DNA of 64,000 bases from a virus. The notes below the pieces were generated by a model. It did not search any database, had not been told where the DNA came from, and saw only the letters and a program-made list of their open reading frames with translations. Where the stretch lies: IMG/VR virus record IMGVR_UViG_3300046171_000193, positions 87,682-151,681 of that record. One strand, 5' to 3'. The translations under genes and the position numbers were made by a program. This document shows, piece after piece, positions 19,316 through 29,400 of the stretch (the stretch's first letter is position 1; every line of letters starts with the position of its first letter).

Positions 19316-20836
19316 ATGGCCGACAATAATGCATTAAAAATATTTGGCTTCGAAATTCGGAGAGCAAATAAAAAAGAAGAAGACAAGAAGTTACAATCTA
19401 TTGTACCTCGTCAAGACGACGATGGTGCAGGATACGTTACTGCTTCTGGTTCTCATTATGGTCAGTATATTAATATTGATGGAGATGATTCTAAAGACAA
19501 TCATCAGATGATAATGAAATACCGTGGCGTTGCAACACATCCGGAAGTTGATGCCGCAATAGAAGATATTATTAATGAATCTGTTTCAGCTTCAGAAGAA
19601 GAGGCACCAGTCACAATTGTTCTTGATAAAGTTGAAGTATCAGATCAGATTAAAAAAGGAATTACAGAAGAGTTCGATAACGTCTTATCGATGTTGGACT
19701 TTACAAATAATGGCCACGACATGTTTAAACGTTGGTATATTGATGGCCGTTTATATCATCACCTTGTTGTAAATGAATCTAATATTAAAGCAGGTATTCA
19801 GGAGATTCGTCCTATTGACTCTGCAAAGATTCGTAAAGTAAAACAAGTAAAGAAAAAGAAAGATCCAGTCACTGGAGCTAACTTAGTTGAATCAGTTGAT
19901 GAATATTACATTTATCAAGAGAAACCTGGGCAACAGACATCAGGCGTAAAACTATCTCATGATTCGGTAAGTTATGTGACATCTGGACTTTTATCAGCTG
20001 ATAGAAAGAAAGTTGTATCACATTTACATAAAGCTCTGAAGCCAATTAACCAGCTTCGAATGATGGAAGACTCACTGGTTATCTACAGGCTTGCACGGGC
20101 GCCTGAGAGACGAATATTCTATATTGACGTAGGTAACTTACCACGAGGTAAGTCTGAACAATATATGAAAGATATTATGGCTCGTTACCGTAATAAACTT
20201 GTATATGATGCAGACACAGGACAAATAAGAGATGATCGCAAACATATGTCAATGCTCGAAGATTTCTGGCTACCAAGACGTGAAGGTGGAAGAGGCACTG
20301 AGATCTCTACTTTACCAGGAGGAGAAAATCTCGGACAGATTGACGATATCGTCTATTTCCAAAAGCGTCTTTATCGGTCTCTTAATGTACCGATTAATCG
20401 CTTAGAACAGGAAGCACAGTTTAGTCTAGGTCGATCTACTGAGATAAGTAGAGATGAATTAAAATTTCAGAAGTTTATTGACAGACTTCGTAAACGTTTC
20501 TCAATGTTGTTCTTAGAAATTCTAAAGAAACAACTTGTGATGAAAGGTTTAATCACTGACGAAGATTGGAATGAATGGAAGAACGATTTAGTTATTGATT
20601 ATACAAGAGATAATCATTTTACAGAATTAAAAGATGCCGAACTATTAAGAGAAAGACTGCAAACGCTTGATCAAGTAAGTCAATACGTAGGTGATTACTT
20701 CTCAAAAGAATGGGTTATGAAAAATGTGTTAATGTTTAACGACGATGACATTAAACAAAACGCTGAGCAAGATGCTGAAGAACAGCCGAATCAGGCAGAT
20801 CAGGATAATGCGCAACAAAATCAAGATGAAGAATAA
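19316..20836 (+). CDS. gp20: portal protein gp20
   Basis: LHKALKPINQLRMMEDSLVIYRLARAPERRIFYIDVGNLP, EDFWLPRREGGRGTEI. Confidence 0.97.
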   Translation: MADNNALKIFGFEIRRANKKEEDKKLQSIVPRQDDDGAGYVTASGSHYGQYINIDGDDSKDNHQMIMKYRGVATHPEVDAAIEDIINESVSASEEEAPVTIVLDKVEVSDQIKKGITEEFDNVLSMLDFTNNGHDMFKRWYIDGRLYHHLVVNESNIKAGIQEIRPIDSAKIRKVKQVKKKKDPVTGANLVESVDEYYIYQEKPGQQTSGVKLSHDSVSYVTSGLLSADRKKVVSHLHKALKPINQLRMMEDSLVIYRLARAPERRIFYIDVGNLPRGKSEQYMKDIMARYRNKLVYDADTGQIRDDRKHMSMLEDFWLPRREGGRGTEISTLPGGENLGQIDDIVYFQKRLYRSLNVPINRLEQEAQFSLGRSTEISRDELKFQKFIDRLRKRFSMLFLEILKKQLVMKGLITDEDWNEWKNDLVIDYTRDNHFTELKDAELLRERLQTLDQVSQYVGDYFSKEWVMKNVLMFNDDDIKQNAEQDAEEQPNQADQDNAQQNQDEE

Positions 20837-20842
20837 TTTTAT

Positions 20843-20850
20843 TATAAATA
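20843..20850 (+). promoter_or_regulatory. late promoter TATAAATA
   Basis: Exact motif after gp20. Confidence 0.8.
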
Positions 20851-20868
20851 ATAGGAAACGGAGTTATT

Positions 20869-21159
20869 ATGGAAAACATTGAGCAATTGATACAGCAAGC
20901 AGCTGATAAAGATTATGCTGGAGCTAATACTACATTTGTAGATATTATGAATCAAAAGCTTTCTGATACTTTGGAACAAGAAAGAATCAAAGTGTCTGGA
21001 CAAATATATAATGGATTAGAATCCGAAGAAGATGAAGAACAACTAGAACTAGATTTAGACGATGACATAGAATTAGAAGATGAGTCTGAAGAGGATGAAC
21101 ACGATGTTGACGACGAGCCTGATACAGACGAATCCGATGAAGACCCTGAAGAATCTTAG
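20869..21159 (+). CDS. acidic prohead core protein (gp67-like by position)
   Basis: Highly acidic C-terminus; lies between gp20 and gp21. Confidence 0.6.
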   Translation: MENIEQLIQQAADKDYAGANTTFVDIMNQKLSDTLEQERIKVSGQIYNGLESEEDEEQLELDLDDDIELEDESEEDEHDVDDEPDTDESDEDPEES

Positions 21160-21340
21160 AGAAGCCGTAACAAAAGAGCGGACAGTATATCAAAGAAAAT
21201 ATACGGGTTTCAGACTAGAGATTATACAGAAGTATGATAAGTTTGAAGCATATGTAGACGGTGAGAAATTAGACACTTATGACACGAAAAAGCATGCAAT
21301 GAAAATGATTATGCAATTCGTTAGGGAAGTAGATCAATGA
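21137..21340 (+). CDS. hypothetical protein (gp68 position)
   Basis: MKTLKNLREA...; stop overlaps the gp21 start. Confidence 0.55.
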   Translation: MKTLKNLREAVTKERTVYQRKYTGFRLEIIQKYDKFEAYVDGEKLDTYDTKKHAMKMIMQFVREVDQ

Positions 21341-21996
21341 AGCTTATTGCTGAATACACTGAACAGAATATACAATGCTTGGTGGAAGCCAAGGAGGACG
21401 GTAGTAAGAGTTATACTATCGAAGGCGTATTCGCGCAAGCTGAACAAAAGAATAGAAATGGACGTATATATCCGCAGCCAATTATGGAAGCTGCAGTAAA
21501 GAAATACGCCAAAGAACAAGTTGCAACTAAACGGGCCGTGGGTGAATTAAACCATCCCGAAGGTCCTACTGTCAACTTGGACAAAGTTTCCCATCTCATA
21601 ACTGACCTCAAAGTTGAGGGTAAGGATGTGGTGGGTAAGGCAACTATATTGGGCACTCCAATGGGTGAAGTCGTTAAAGGCTTACTTGAAGGTGGTGTGC
21701 AACTAGGTGTCTCAACTCGTGGTATGGGTAGCCTTGAGAGACGTGGCGATGCCATGTATGTCAAAGATGACTTTATGCTTAATACGATTGACATCGTACA
21801 AGATCCATCAGCTCCCGGAGCTTTTGTTAATGGAATTATGGAAGGCGTTGACTGGATCTGGAATAATGGCATCATTGAAGCTCAAGAAATTGAAAAAATG
21901 GAGACTGAAATTAAAACAGCTCCACGTGCTGATCTCTATGAGACTCAGACTCGTGAGTTTAAGAATTTCCTCTCGTTACTGAAAACTAAACTATAA
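21337..21996 (+). CDS. gp21: prohead protease gp21
   Basis: NRNGRIYP, GELNHP, GVSTRGMGSL, DIVQDPSAPGA. Confidence 0.95.
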   Translation: MKLIAEYTEQNIQCLVEAKEDGSKSYTIEGVFAQAEQKNRNGRIYPQPIMEAAVKKYAKEQVATKRAVGELNHPEGPTVNLDKVSHLITDLKVEGKDVVGKATILGTPMGEVVKGLLEGGVQLGVSTRGMGSLERRGDAMYVKDDFMLNTIDIVQDPSAPGAFVNGIMEGVDWIWNNGIIEAQEIEKMETEIKTAPRADLYETQTREFKNFLSLLKTKL

Positions 21997-22011
21997 TATA
22001 GGAGTCAAGAC

Positions 22012-23064
22012 ATGACTGACCAAATCCAAGATCAGGATGTTGAGCTCGACGAGAATGAAATCGAAGAAGCTCACGATCCCAAAAATGCAGAGGCGCAATC
22101 AGTTGCTTCTGTAAAGGGTGCTGAAGGAAAAGGAAAGACTGCTAAAGAGCCAGGTGGCAAAGGCGGTCCGAAAGATCCTATGCAAAAGTTGCCAGGAACC
22201 AAAGCTGGTATGATTAATGCAATGTACATGAAAGCAAGCAAAATGAAGAAAGAAGAGCTTGCTGGCATGTATGCTAAACTTATGGGCGAAACTGTGTTAG
22301 AAGAGCTAAATGCTGATGATCAACCACTCGTTGAATATCAGGCTGACTTTTCTGAAGATCTAGACGCATTAATCGAGTCTGAAGCTACTCTTTCTGAAGA
22401 GTTTAAAGCTAAAACAGCCGTAATTTTTGAAGCAGCTATTAAATCTAAACTATCTGAAGAGATCGATCGTTTAGAAGAAAACTATGCAACTGAACTCGAA
22501 GAAGAAGTATCAGCTACTAAAGCAGATATGGTCGAGAAAGTTGACAGCTACCTCAACTATGTTGTTGAGAATTGGATGGAAGAAAATAAACTTGCAGTAG
22601 AAACCGGTCTGCGTACCGAGATTTCTGAGAAGTTTATGAATTCATTGAAAGACCTGTTTACAGAATCTTACATTGAAGTTCCAGAATCTAAAGTTGACCT
22701 AGTTGACGAACTTTCCCTAGAAGTAACAGATCTTGAAGAAGCTCTGAACAATTCTATGGCAAAAGCAATTCAGGCTTCTGAAGAGCTAGAAACAATGAAA
22801 CGACACGAAGTAATTCGTGAAGCTTCAAAAGATCTTGCTGAAACACAAGTTGAAAAACTTGCGAAGCTTGTAGAAGATATTACTTTTGAAGATACAGAAA
22901 CCTTTTCTCAAAAAGTTAAAACTGTAAAAGAGTCATATTTCAAAAAAGAAGCTGTTGAGTCTGTAATTGAAGACGGAGTTGAAGATGACGATGGAAACAT
23001 CGTTGAAGCAACTGGCCCAATGGCGCAATACCTCACCGCGATCCGCAAGTCGGCGCAAACATAA
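22012..23064 (+). CDS. gp22: prohead core scaffolding protein gp22
   Basis: LSEEFKAKTAVIFEAA, VDSYLNYVVENW, coiled-coil; synteny. Confidence 0.92.
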   Translation: MTDQIQDQDVELDENEIEEAHDPKNAEAQSVASVKGAEGKGKTAKEPGGKGGPKDPMQKLPGTKAGMINAMYMKASKMKKEELAGMYAKLMGETVLEELNADDQPLVEYQADFSEDLDALIESEATLSEEFKAKTAVIFEAAIKSKLSEEIDRLEENYATELEEEVSATKADMVEKVDSYLNYVVENWMEENKLAVETGLRTEISEKFMNSLKDLFTESYIEVPESKVDLVDELSLEVTDLEEALNNSMAKAIQASEELETMKRHEVIREASKDLAETQVEKLAKLVEDITFEDTETFSQKVKTVKESYFKKEAVESVIEDGVEDDDGNIVEATGPMAQYLTAIRKSAQT

Positions 23065-23082
23065 ATTTGGGAGTCCAAACAA

Positions 23083-24416
23083 ATGCAATCTTATGACAAA
23101 TTAGTCGAAAAGTGGGCACCAGTACTTAATGAAGAATCTGCCGGTACTATTAAAGATGCTCATAGACGTAGTGTAACAGCTGCGATTCTAGAAAACCAAG
23201 AGGTCGCTCTTCGTGAAGAACGTTCTCAGAATAACTTCTTAACAGAAGCTGCACCAGCCGGTGCTAACACAGGTTCCATCGGAACATGGGATCCTGTATT
23301 AATCTCACTCGTACGACGTGCGATGCCAAACCTAATGGCGTATGATGTTGCTGGTGTTCAGCCAATGTCAGGTCCAACTGGTCTCATCTTTGCGATGAAA
23401 TCACGCTTTGACGGTGGTGCAACTAACCAAACAGAAGCTCTCTTTAACGAAGCTCCTACACGTCACTCAGGTACAAAAACATCTGCAGCCTCAGGTACAG
23501 ATGGCTCAGGTCTAAACGTAACAAATACTGGTGGCGGTGCTGCTGCTCTTACAATCGATTCCGATCGTGTAACAGATCTGAAGAACATGGGTATGACTAC
23601 AGACTCTGCTGAAGCTCTTGGTGACTCAGCCTCAAATGCTTTCGAGCAAATGGGTTTCACCATTGAAAAAGCAACTGTGACTGCAAAGTCACGTGCGTTG
23701 AAAGCGGAATATACTCTAGAACTAGCACAAGATCTTAAAGCCATTCATGGTCTAGATGCTGAAACAGAACTAGCAAACATCTCTATCAACTGAGATTCTT
23801 GCTGAAATCAACCGTGAAGTTATTAGAACTATCAACAGCCAAGCTAAAACATGGTGCAGACATCTAACAGCTGCTTAACGGTATCTTCGACATAGTCATC
23901 AGATGCTGATGGTCGTTGGTCAGTTGAGAAGTTCAAAGGCTAATCGTTCAGATTGAACGTGAAGCTAACGTAATTGCTAAAGAAACACGTACGCGGTAAA
24001 GGTAACTTCATGTATGTTCTTCTGACGTTGCTTCTGCTCTTCAGCTTCTGGCATGTTGGATTACTCTCCTGCATTGTCAACAAACTTGAACGTTGATGAC
24101 ACAGGCAACACATTCGCTGGTGTTCTTAACGGTCGTACACGAGTATACATCGACCCGTATTGCAACTGCTGATTACGTAACTGTTGGTTACAAGGGTACT
24201 AACCCTTATGACGCTGGTCTATTCTATTGTCCATACGTACCATTAACTATGGTTCGTGCGGTAGGGGAAGAAAACTTCCAGCCAAAAATCGGTTTTAAAA
24301 CTCGATACGGCATGGCATCAAACCCATTCGTAGGTGCAACACCTGCAAACGGTTTGGCAGCTGCGAAATCAAACCAATACTACAGAATTTTCCGTGTAGA
24401 CAATATCATGGCATAA
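23083..24416 (+). CDS. gp23: major capsid protein gp23 (several indels at about 23780-24160, likely errors)
   Basis: LISLVRRAMPNLMAYDVAGVQPM, AKSRALKAEYTLELAQDLKAIHGLDAE, C-terminal FYCPYVPL...FQPKIGFKTRYG. Confidence 0.95.
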
Positions 24417-24438
24417 GCCAACGGAAATACCTCCACAA

Positions 24439-24464
24439 GGGTCGCTTCGGCGACCCTTTTTTTT
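24439..24464 (+). terminator. Rho-independent terminator with cUUCGg loop after gp23
   Basis: GGGTCGC-TTCG-GCGACCC-T8. Confidence 0.92.
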
Positions 24465-24466
24465 AT

Positions 24467-24474
24467 TATAAATA
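24467..24474 (+). promoter_or_regulatory. late promoter TATAAATA for gp3-uvsY-uvsW
   Basis: Exact motif immediately after the terminator. Confidence 0.8.
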
Positions 24475-24496
24475 GTGACATATAAAGGAAGATTAT

Positions 24497-25039
24497 ATGG
24501 CTATATCGACAACAACCACATCTGCTGGGATTTTAGAATCTACTATTACATCTAATGCAAACTATCTACAACCTACTGGGTTTAAGATAGGCATTAATCG
24601 TAAGTACTTTCCAAACGTAGAATACTTTGCACAATCTATTATGCATCCAGATATGTCAGTAACTCAAATAGAAGTACCATATAAAAGAATTGGCGGCGTT
24701 CCACTTACAGGAGATAAATTAAATTTCGGTGAGATGACAGCAATGATTATCATGGATGAAAATTTATCAGCATATACAGAAATGTATAACTGGTTAAAGT
24801 CTTTTGTTGAGGCGCCAGACGTTAAAGCATCAGAAGCAGCAAACAGTTCAAAGGGACCTTCTGAAGCAGATATAACTCTCTCTATATTAACAAGTCATAA
24901 TAACGTTGCAAAGAAAATTATATATAGAAGTGCCTTCCCAACATTATTAGGAGATGTAAATTTTGAAGCTTCTACTGGCGATGTTCAATATATTACATTC
25001 CCAATTTCATTTAGATTTACATACTTTGACATTGAATAA
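24497..25039 (+). CDS. gp3: tail tube terminator/completion protein gp3
   Basis: NYLQPTGF, GDKLNF, DENLSAYTEMYNW, AFPT; gp23-gp3-uvsY synteny of marine T4-likes. Confidence 0.85.
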   Translation: MAISTTTTSAGILESTITSNANYLQPTGFKIGINRKYFPNVEYFAQSIMHPDMSVTQIEVPYKRIGGVPLTGDKLNFGEMTAMIIMDENLSAYTEMYNWLKSFVEAPDVKASEAANSSKGPSEADITLSILTSHNNVAKKIIYRSAFPTLLGDVNFEASTGDVQYITFPISFRFTYFDIE

Positions 25040-25054
25040 AAACTAGGATATATT

Positions 25055-25498
25055 ATGGATTTGAAAGTGATTCTCGACATGTGGTCGAGTGACTGTGCTA
25101 TTGCACAAACTAGTTTAGACGAATCATCTAGACAAACCCCGATGCTACACGCAAAATATTTAGAACTTCTTTCTACTATGAAATTGAGGTTAAAGAAAGC
25201 TGAGCAACAACAGAAAATATTACTTAAAGACAAATGGCTTTATTATAATGGAAAGATGGATCAGGATCAAATAGTTGATAAGGGGTGGAAGCCGGACCCT
25301 TTTGATGGACTTAAAATACTAAAAGGTGAAATGGATTACTACTACGATTCTGATCCAGAAATTCAGCAGTCTGTTGATAAAATAGAGTATCTAAAAACTA
25401 TAATAGATACTTTAAATGAGATTATGAATAATATAAATTGGAGACATCAGACTATCGGTAATATGATCAGATGGAGGATCTTCGAAAGTGGTGGCTAA
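25055..25498 (+). CDS. uvsY: recombination mediator UvsY
   Basis: LHAKYL, KWLYYNGK, C-terminal WRIFESGG. Confidence 0.88.
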   Translation: MDLKVILDMWSSDCAIAQTSLDESSRQTPMLHAKYLELLSTMKLRLKKAEQQQKILLKDKWLYYNGKMDQDQIVDKGWKPDPFDGLKILKGEMDYYYDSDPEIQQSVDKIEYLKTIIDTLNEIMNNINWRHQTIGNMIRWRIFESGG

Positions 25499-25658
25499 AT
25501 ATAATAGAGAGTTTAAATTAGATGTAAAAGATATTGAAATAATTGAAAATGCGTTAATAAAATATCAAAGAGATGATGCTAAAGCAACTGAGATATTAGC
25601 AAAACTATATCACCAAAAAGTATGGTACAGACCAGATGAGAATTTTGTAAGTGGCTAA
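25491..25658 (+). CDS. small hypothetical protein (55 aa, MAKYNREFKLDVKDIEIIENAL...LAKLYHQKVWYRP...VSG)
   Basis: Read manually; fills the uvsY-uvsW gap exactly with 8-nt overlaps at both ends. Confidence 0.65.
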   Translation: MAKYNREFKLDVKDIEIIENALIKYQRDDAKATEILAKLYHQKVWYRPDENFVSG

Positions 25659-27168
25659 CATTAAAATATGGAAGAAAAATGAAAGCATAGCTCTTGTTGA
25701 TTGCGATGCCGGAATTGCAAAAGAACTAAGTGATTATTTTTCTTTCTTTGTTCCTGGTTACAAGTACATGAAACTGTACAAACGTAAAATATGGGACGGC
25801 AAAATAAGATTATTTAATAATGTAAGTAAAGAACTTCCTGCAGGTTTATATCCATTTGTCGACGAATTCTGTAAACAAAGAAGTTATACTCTTGAAACAG
25901 AATCAACTAAATATGGCGCGCCGCAGGATAAAAGTGAAGAAGATCCTAAAGAAATATATGAATACATAAAAGATTTAAATTTAACTAGTCGCGGCCAGCC
26001 TATTGAGATTCGTGACTACCAGTTTGATGCGGTAATGAAAGCATTAAACATAAATCGCTGTGTATTGCTGTCTCCTACAGGTTCTGGTAAATCTTTAATA
26101 ATTTATTGTATTTCACAATTATGGCTAAAGTATATCTCAGATGGATTCAGATACCCACGTGCCGGAAGAGTATTAGTAGTTGTACCTACAACATCGTTAG
26201 TAGAACAAATGCAGAAAGATTTTGTTGATTATGGTTTAGGCGAGAAGGCTATACACAAAATATATTCTGGTAAAGATAAAGATAATATAGAATCTTCTGT
26301 AGTAATATCTACATGGCAATCAATATATAAGTTGCCAAAAGAGTGGTTTGATCAATTTGGCATGGTAGTTGGGGATGAGTGTCATGGATTTAAATCAAAG
26401 TCGCTAACTGATATTATGAACAAATGTACCGAAGCAAAGTATAGGATTGGCACAACTGGTACTCTGGACAATGCACAAGTCCATCACCTCGTCCTACAGG
26501 GCCTATTCGGAAAAATACATAGAGTAACAACTACTAAAGCTCTGCAAGACAATAATACTCTTGCTAAACTTGATATAAATATAATTATGTTAAAATATAA
26601 CGAAGAGACACGTAAGTCTTTTGGGAAGATGACATACCAGGATGAAATTGATTGGATCGTTAGAAATAATTCTCGCAACACTTTCATTCGCAATTTGGCT
26701 TTGGATGCTGATGGCAATACTCTCGTCTTATTTAATTTTGTTGATAAGCACGGTAAGCCTCTCTTTGATATGATAAATGCCAAAATTGAAGAAGGAAGAA
26801 AAGTATTTTATGTATCAGGTGAAGTAGAAACGTCAGATAGAGAAGCTATAAGAGAGATTACGGAGAAACAAAAGAATGCTATCATTGTTGCAAGCTTGGG
26901 TACATTTAGTACAGGAATCAACATTAAAAATTTGCATAATATTGTTTTCGCCTCGCCGTCAAAATCTCAAATCAAAGTCCTCCAGTCAATCGGCCGAGGA
27001 CTCAGAAAAGCGGATGATGGCCGCATCACAAGACTATATGATATCGCGGACGACTTACAAACGAAAAGCAGGAAGAACTACGCGATCCTCCACAGCGAGG
27101 AAAGAATAAAAATATATAATAAAGAGAAATTTGATTATAAAGTCATAGAGGTGCCAATTGGAAATTAG
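25651..27168 (+). CDS. uvsW: DNA helicase UvsW
   Basis: SPTGSGKS, DECH, GTTGT, QSIGRGLR. Confidence 0.95.
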   Translation: MANIKIWKKNESIALVDCDAGIAKELSDYFSFFVPGYKYMKLYKRKIWDGKIRLFNNVSKELPAGLYPFVDEFCKQRSYTLETESTKYGAPQDKSEEDPKEIYEYIKDLNLTSRGQPIEIRDYQFDAVMKALNINRCVLLSPTGSGKSLIIYCISQLWLKYISDGFRYPRAGRVLVVVPTTSLVEQMQKDFVDYGLGEKAIHKIYSGKDKDNIESSVVISTWQSIYKLPKEWFDQFGMVVGDECHGFKSKSLTDIMNKCTEAKYRIGTTGTLDNAQVHHLVLQGLFGKIHRVTTTKALQDNNTLAKLDINIIMLKYNEETRKSFGKMTYQDEIDWIVRNNSRNTFIRNLALDADGNTLVLFNFVDKHGKPLFDMINAKIEEGRKVFYVSGEVETSDREAIREITEKQKNAIIVASLGTFSTGINIKNLHNIVFASPSKSQIKVLQSIGRGLRKADDGRITRLYDIADDLQTKSRKNYAILHSEERIKIYNKEKFDYKVIEVPIGN

Positions 27169-27600
27169 ACAATTTAAATTAGCTAACAACGATGAAATTA
27201 TGTGTGAAGTAGTAGAGTATCATGAAGATGATGATGCTATTGTTATACGAAAAACTATGAAGATGGTACAAATGGATAACATGGCAAACGGTACTCGTTA
27301 TTACGCGTTTCGCCCATTTATGATGTATCAGCATACAAAAGTAGGCTTTTCAAATCGATTTAACCGCGAACATATTATCGCAGAAGCAAATCTCGAATCA
27401 AGAATTGATATTAGAATATTTTAAGGCGATCGAAACTTTCTTTAGGATAAGAAGGTGAGAAAAAGAAAAATATGGATGACATTGAGAGATGATGGGTACA
27501 ATACGTATGTCAAACAACAAAGTGAATTGTTATCCGAACTAGATTCCGTATCGGGATGATGTAAGTACGTAATATAATTTACGATAGACAAAATATGATC
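27158..27600 (+). CDS. conserved T4-like hypothetical protein downstream of uvsW (3' part broken by indels; end approximate)
   Basis: RQFKLANNDEIMCEV...YYAFRPFM; frame degenerates after about 27340. Confidence 0.5.
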
Positions 27601-27643
27601 GGCATTGTAGGTATTCCTATCCATCCCTCAACTGTACTCTTTA

Positions 27644-27673
27644 ATTATACACCAGTTTTACTGGTATTGTACA
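27644..27673 (-). promoter_or_regulatory. minus-strand early-type promoter TGTACA-N18-TATAAT with internal inverted repeat
   Basis: Reverse complement gTGTACAataccagtaaaactggtgTATAAT; ACCAGT-ttt-ACTGGT palindrome in the spacer. Confidence 0.5.
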
Positions 27674-27708
27674 CAGTTAATTTAGCAATAAATAAATATT
27701 TTTTTTAG

Positions 27709-27737
27709 TGTACATCCGTGCTTAAACGTGATAGAAT
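27709..27737 (+). promoter_or_regulatory. early promoter TGTACA-N17-TAGAAT for gp55-47-46
   Basis: Matches the recurring motif, with extended -10 TG. Confidence 0.7.
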
Positions 27738-27759
27738 TATATTATATTAAGGATATATT

Positions 27760-28337
27760 ATGAAACCTAAAGACAGACCACATTATGTAAATAATGCACA
27801 ATTCTCACAGGCAGTAGTTGATTACGTTACTGTTGTACGTGAAGCAAAGAGTGAAGAAAAACAACTTCCTATTGTGCCTGATTACATCGCTACTTGCTTT
27901 CTTAAAATAGCAGAAGGACTTTCCCATAAATCTAATTTTATCCGATATACGTATCGAGAAGAAATGGTTATGGACGCAGTCGAAAATTGTCTTAAAGCAA
28001 TAGAAAATTATAATCTAGAAGCAGCTACACGATCTGGCAAACCTAATGCATTTGCATACTTTACCCAGATTTCTTGGTATGCATTCTTGCGACGTATTGC
28101 TAAAGAAAAGAAACAGCAAGACATTAAGTTTAAATATATGTCACAATCAGGGAGTAGAAGCTTTCTTACTAGATGAAACAGACAATAGCGTAGCAGCTAA
28201 CTTTGTTGATACTCTAAAAGACAGAATCGATAAAAGTCAGAGGTTATGACACTGAAAGTAAAAGAATTTGCTAAGAAAGAGAAGAAACGTAAAAGACCTG
28301 TACAAAAAGTAGATTCTGATTTAACAGGCTTTTTTAA
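27760..28337 (+). CDS. gp55: late transcription sigma factor gp55 (indels at about 28150-28260)
   Basis: HYVNN, KIAEGLSHKSNF, EEMVMDAVENC, NAFAYFTQISWYAFLRRIAKEKKQ. Confidence 0.92.
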
Positions 28338-29400
28338 TGAAGGTAGCAATAATAAATGACACTCATTGTGGGATTCGCAATTCTTCTGACGTCTTTCTCG
28401 ATAACGCAGAAAAATTTTATAATGATGTATTTTTTCCTACTCTTTTGGAACGGGGTATTAGCCATATTATCCATCTTGGTGATTACTTCGATCACCGGAA
28501 GTTTATCAATTTCCGTGCCCTTAACCGTAACCGGCATGTATTTCTTGAACGGCTTAGGAAAGAACGAATAACAATGGATATTATTTGTGGTAATCATGAT
28601 ACTTACTACAAAAATACTAATGACTTAAACTCACTCAAAGAATTACTAGGACATTATATGAATGAGGTTCATATTATACATGAGCCTACTGTTATGGAAT
28701 ACGGTTCTTTAAAGATGGGTATGGTTCCATGGATATGTGACGAGAACCATGATAAGACTATGGAGTTTTTAAAGACTGCTAAGTGTGATTGGATCGGTGG
28801 TCATTTTGAGTTTGCAGGGATTTAGCGTATTACGTGGCGTACTTGCTCCTCATGGATTAGATCACACACAACTATCACGATTTGAAAAAGTATTATCTGG
28901 TCATTATCATACAAAGTCTCAAAAAGATAATGTAACATATCTTGGCACACAAATGGAATTCTCTTGGAATGATGCACACGATCCTAAGCATTTTCATATT
29001 CTCGATACAGAAACACGTGAGCTAGAAGCCATACAAAATAATAACACTTTATTTCAAAAAATAGTGTACAATGACGATGAAATAGATTATAATAAATATA
29101 ACGTAACTGATTTAGACGGTAAGTTTGTCAAGGTAGTTGTTGTCAATAAAAAAGATCTATTTACATTTGATAGATTTATTGACAGAATACAGAATAGAAA
29201 GATTCACGATCTTAAGATTGCTGAGAACTTCGATGAGTTTTTAGGATCTAGCGTAGAAGATGAATCAGTTTCTATTGAAGAAACAACTGAACTATTAGAT
29301 ACGTACATTGAAGCAGTAGAAACTGATCTTGATAAAGGCAGGTTAAAACTTTCTATGCGTAATCTTATGACTGAAGCACAGGCTATCGAAAGCAGTATGA
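28337..29400 (+). CDS. gp47: recombination endonuclease gp47 (Mre11/SbcD-like), indel at about 28818
   Basis: DTHCG, LGDYFD, GNHD, GHFE, SGHYH phosphoesterase motifs across two ORFs. Confidence 0.92.

Noticed and set aside
23780-24160. Programmed frameshifting, intron or pseudogenisation in the major capsid gene (and other split core genes)
   Set aside because: Multiple scattered one-base indels with no inserted sequence or slippery-site/pseudoknot pattern; conserved protein continues in alternate frames, so sequencing error is far more likely.
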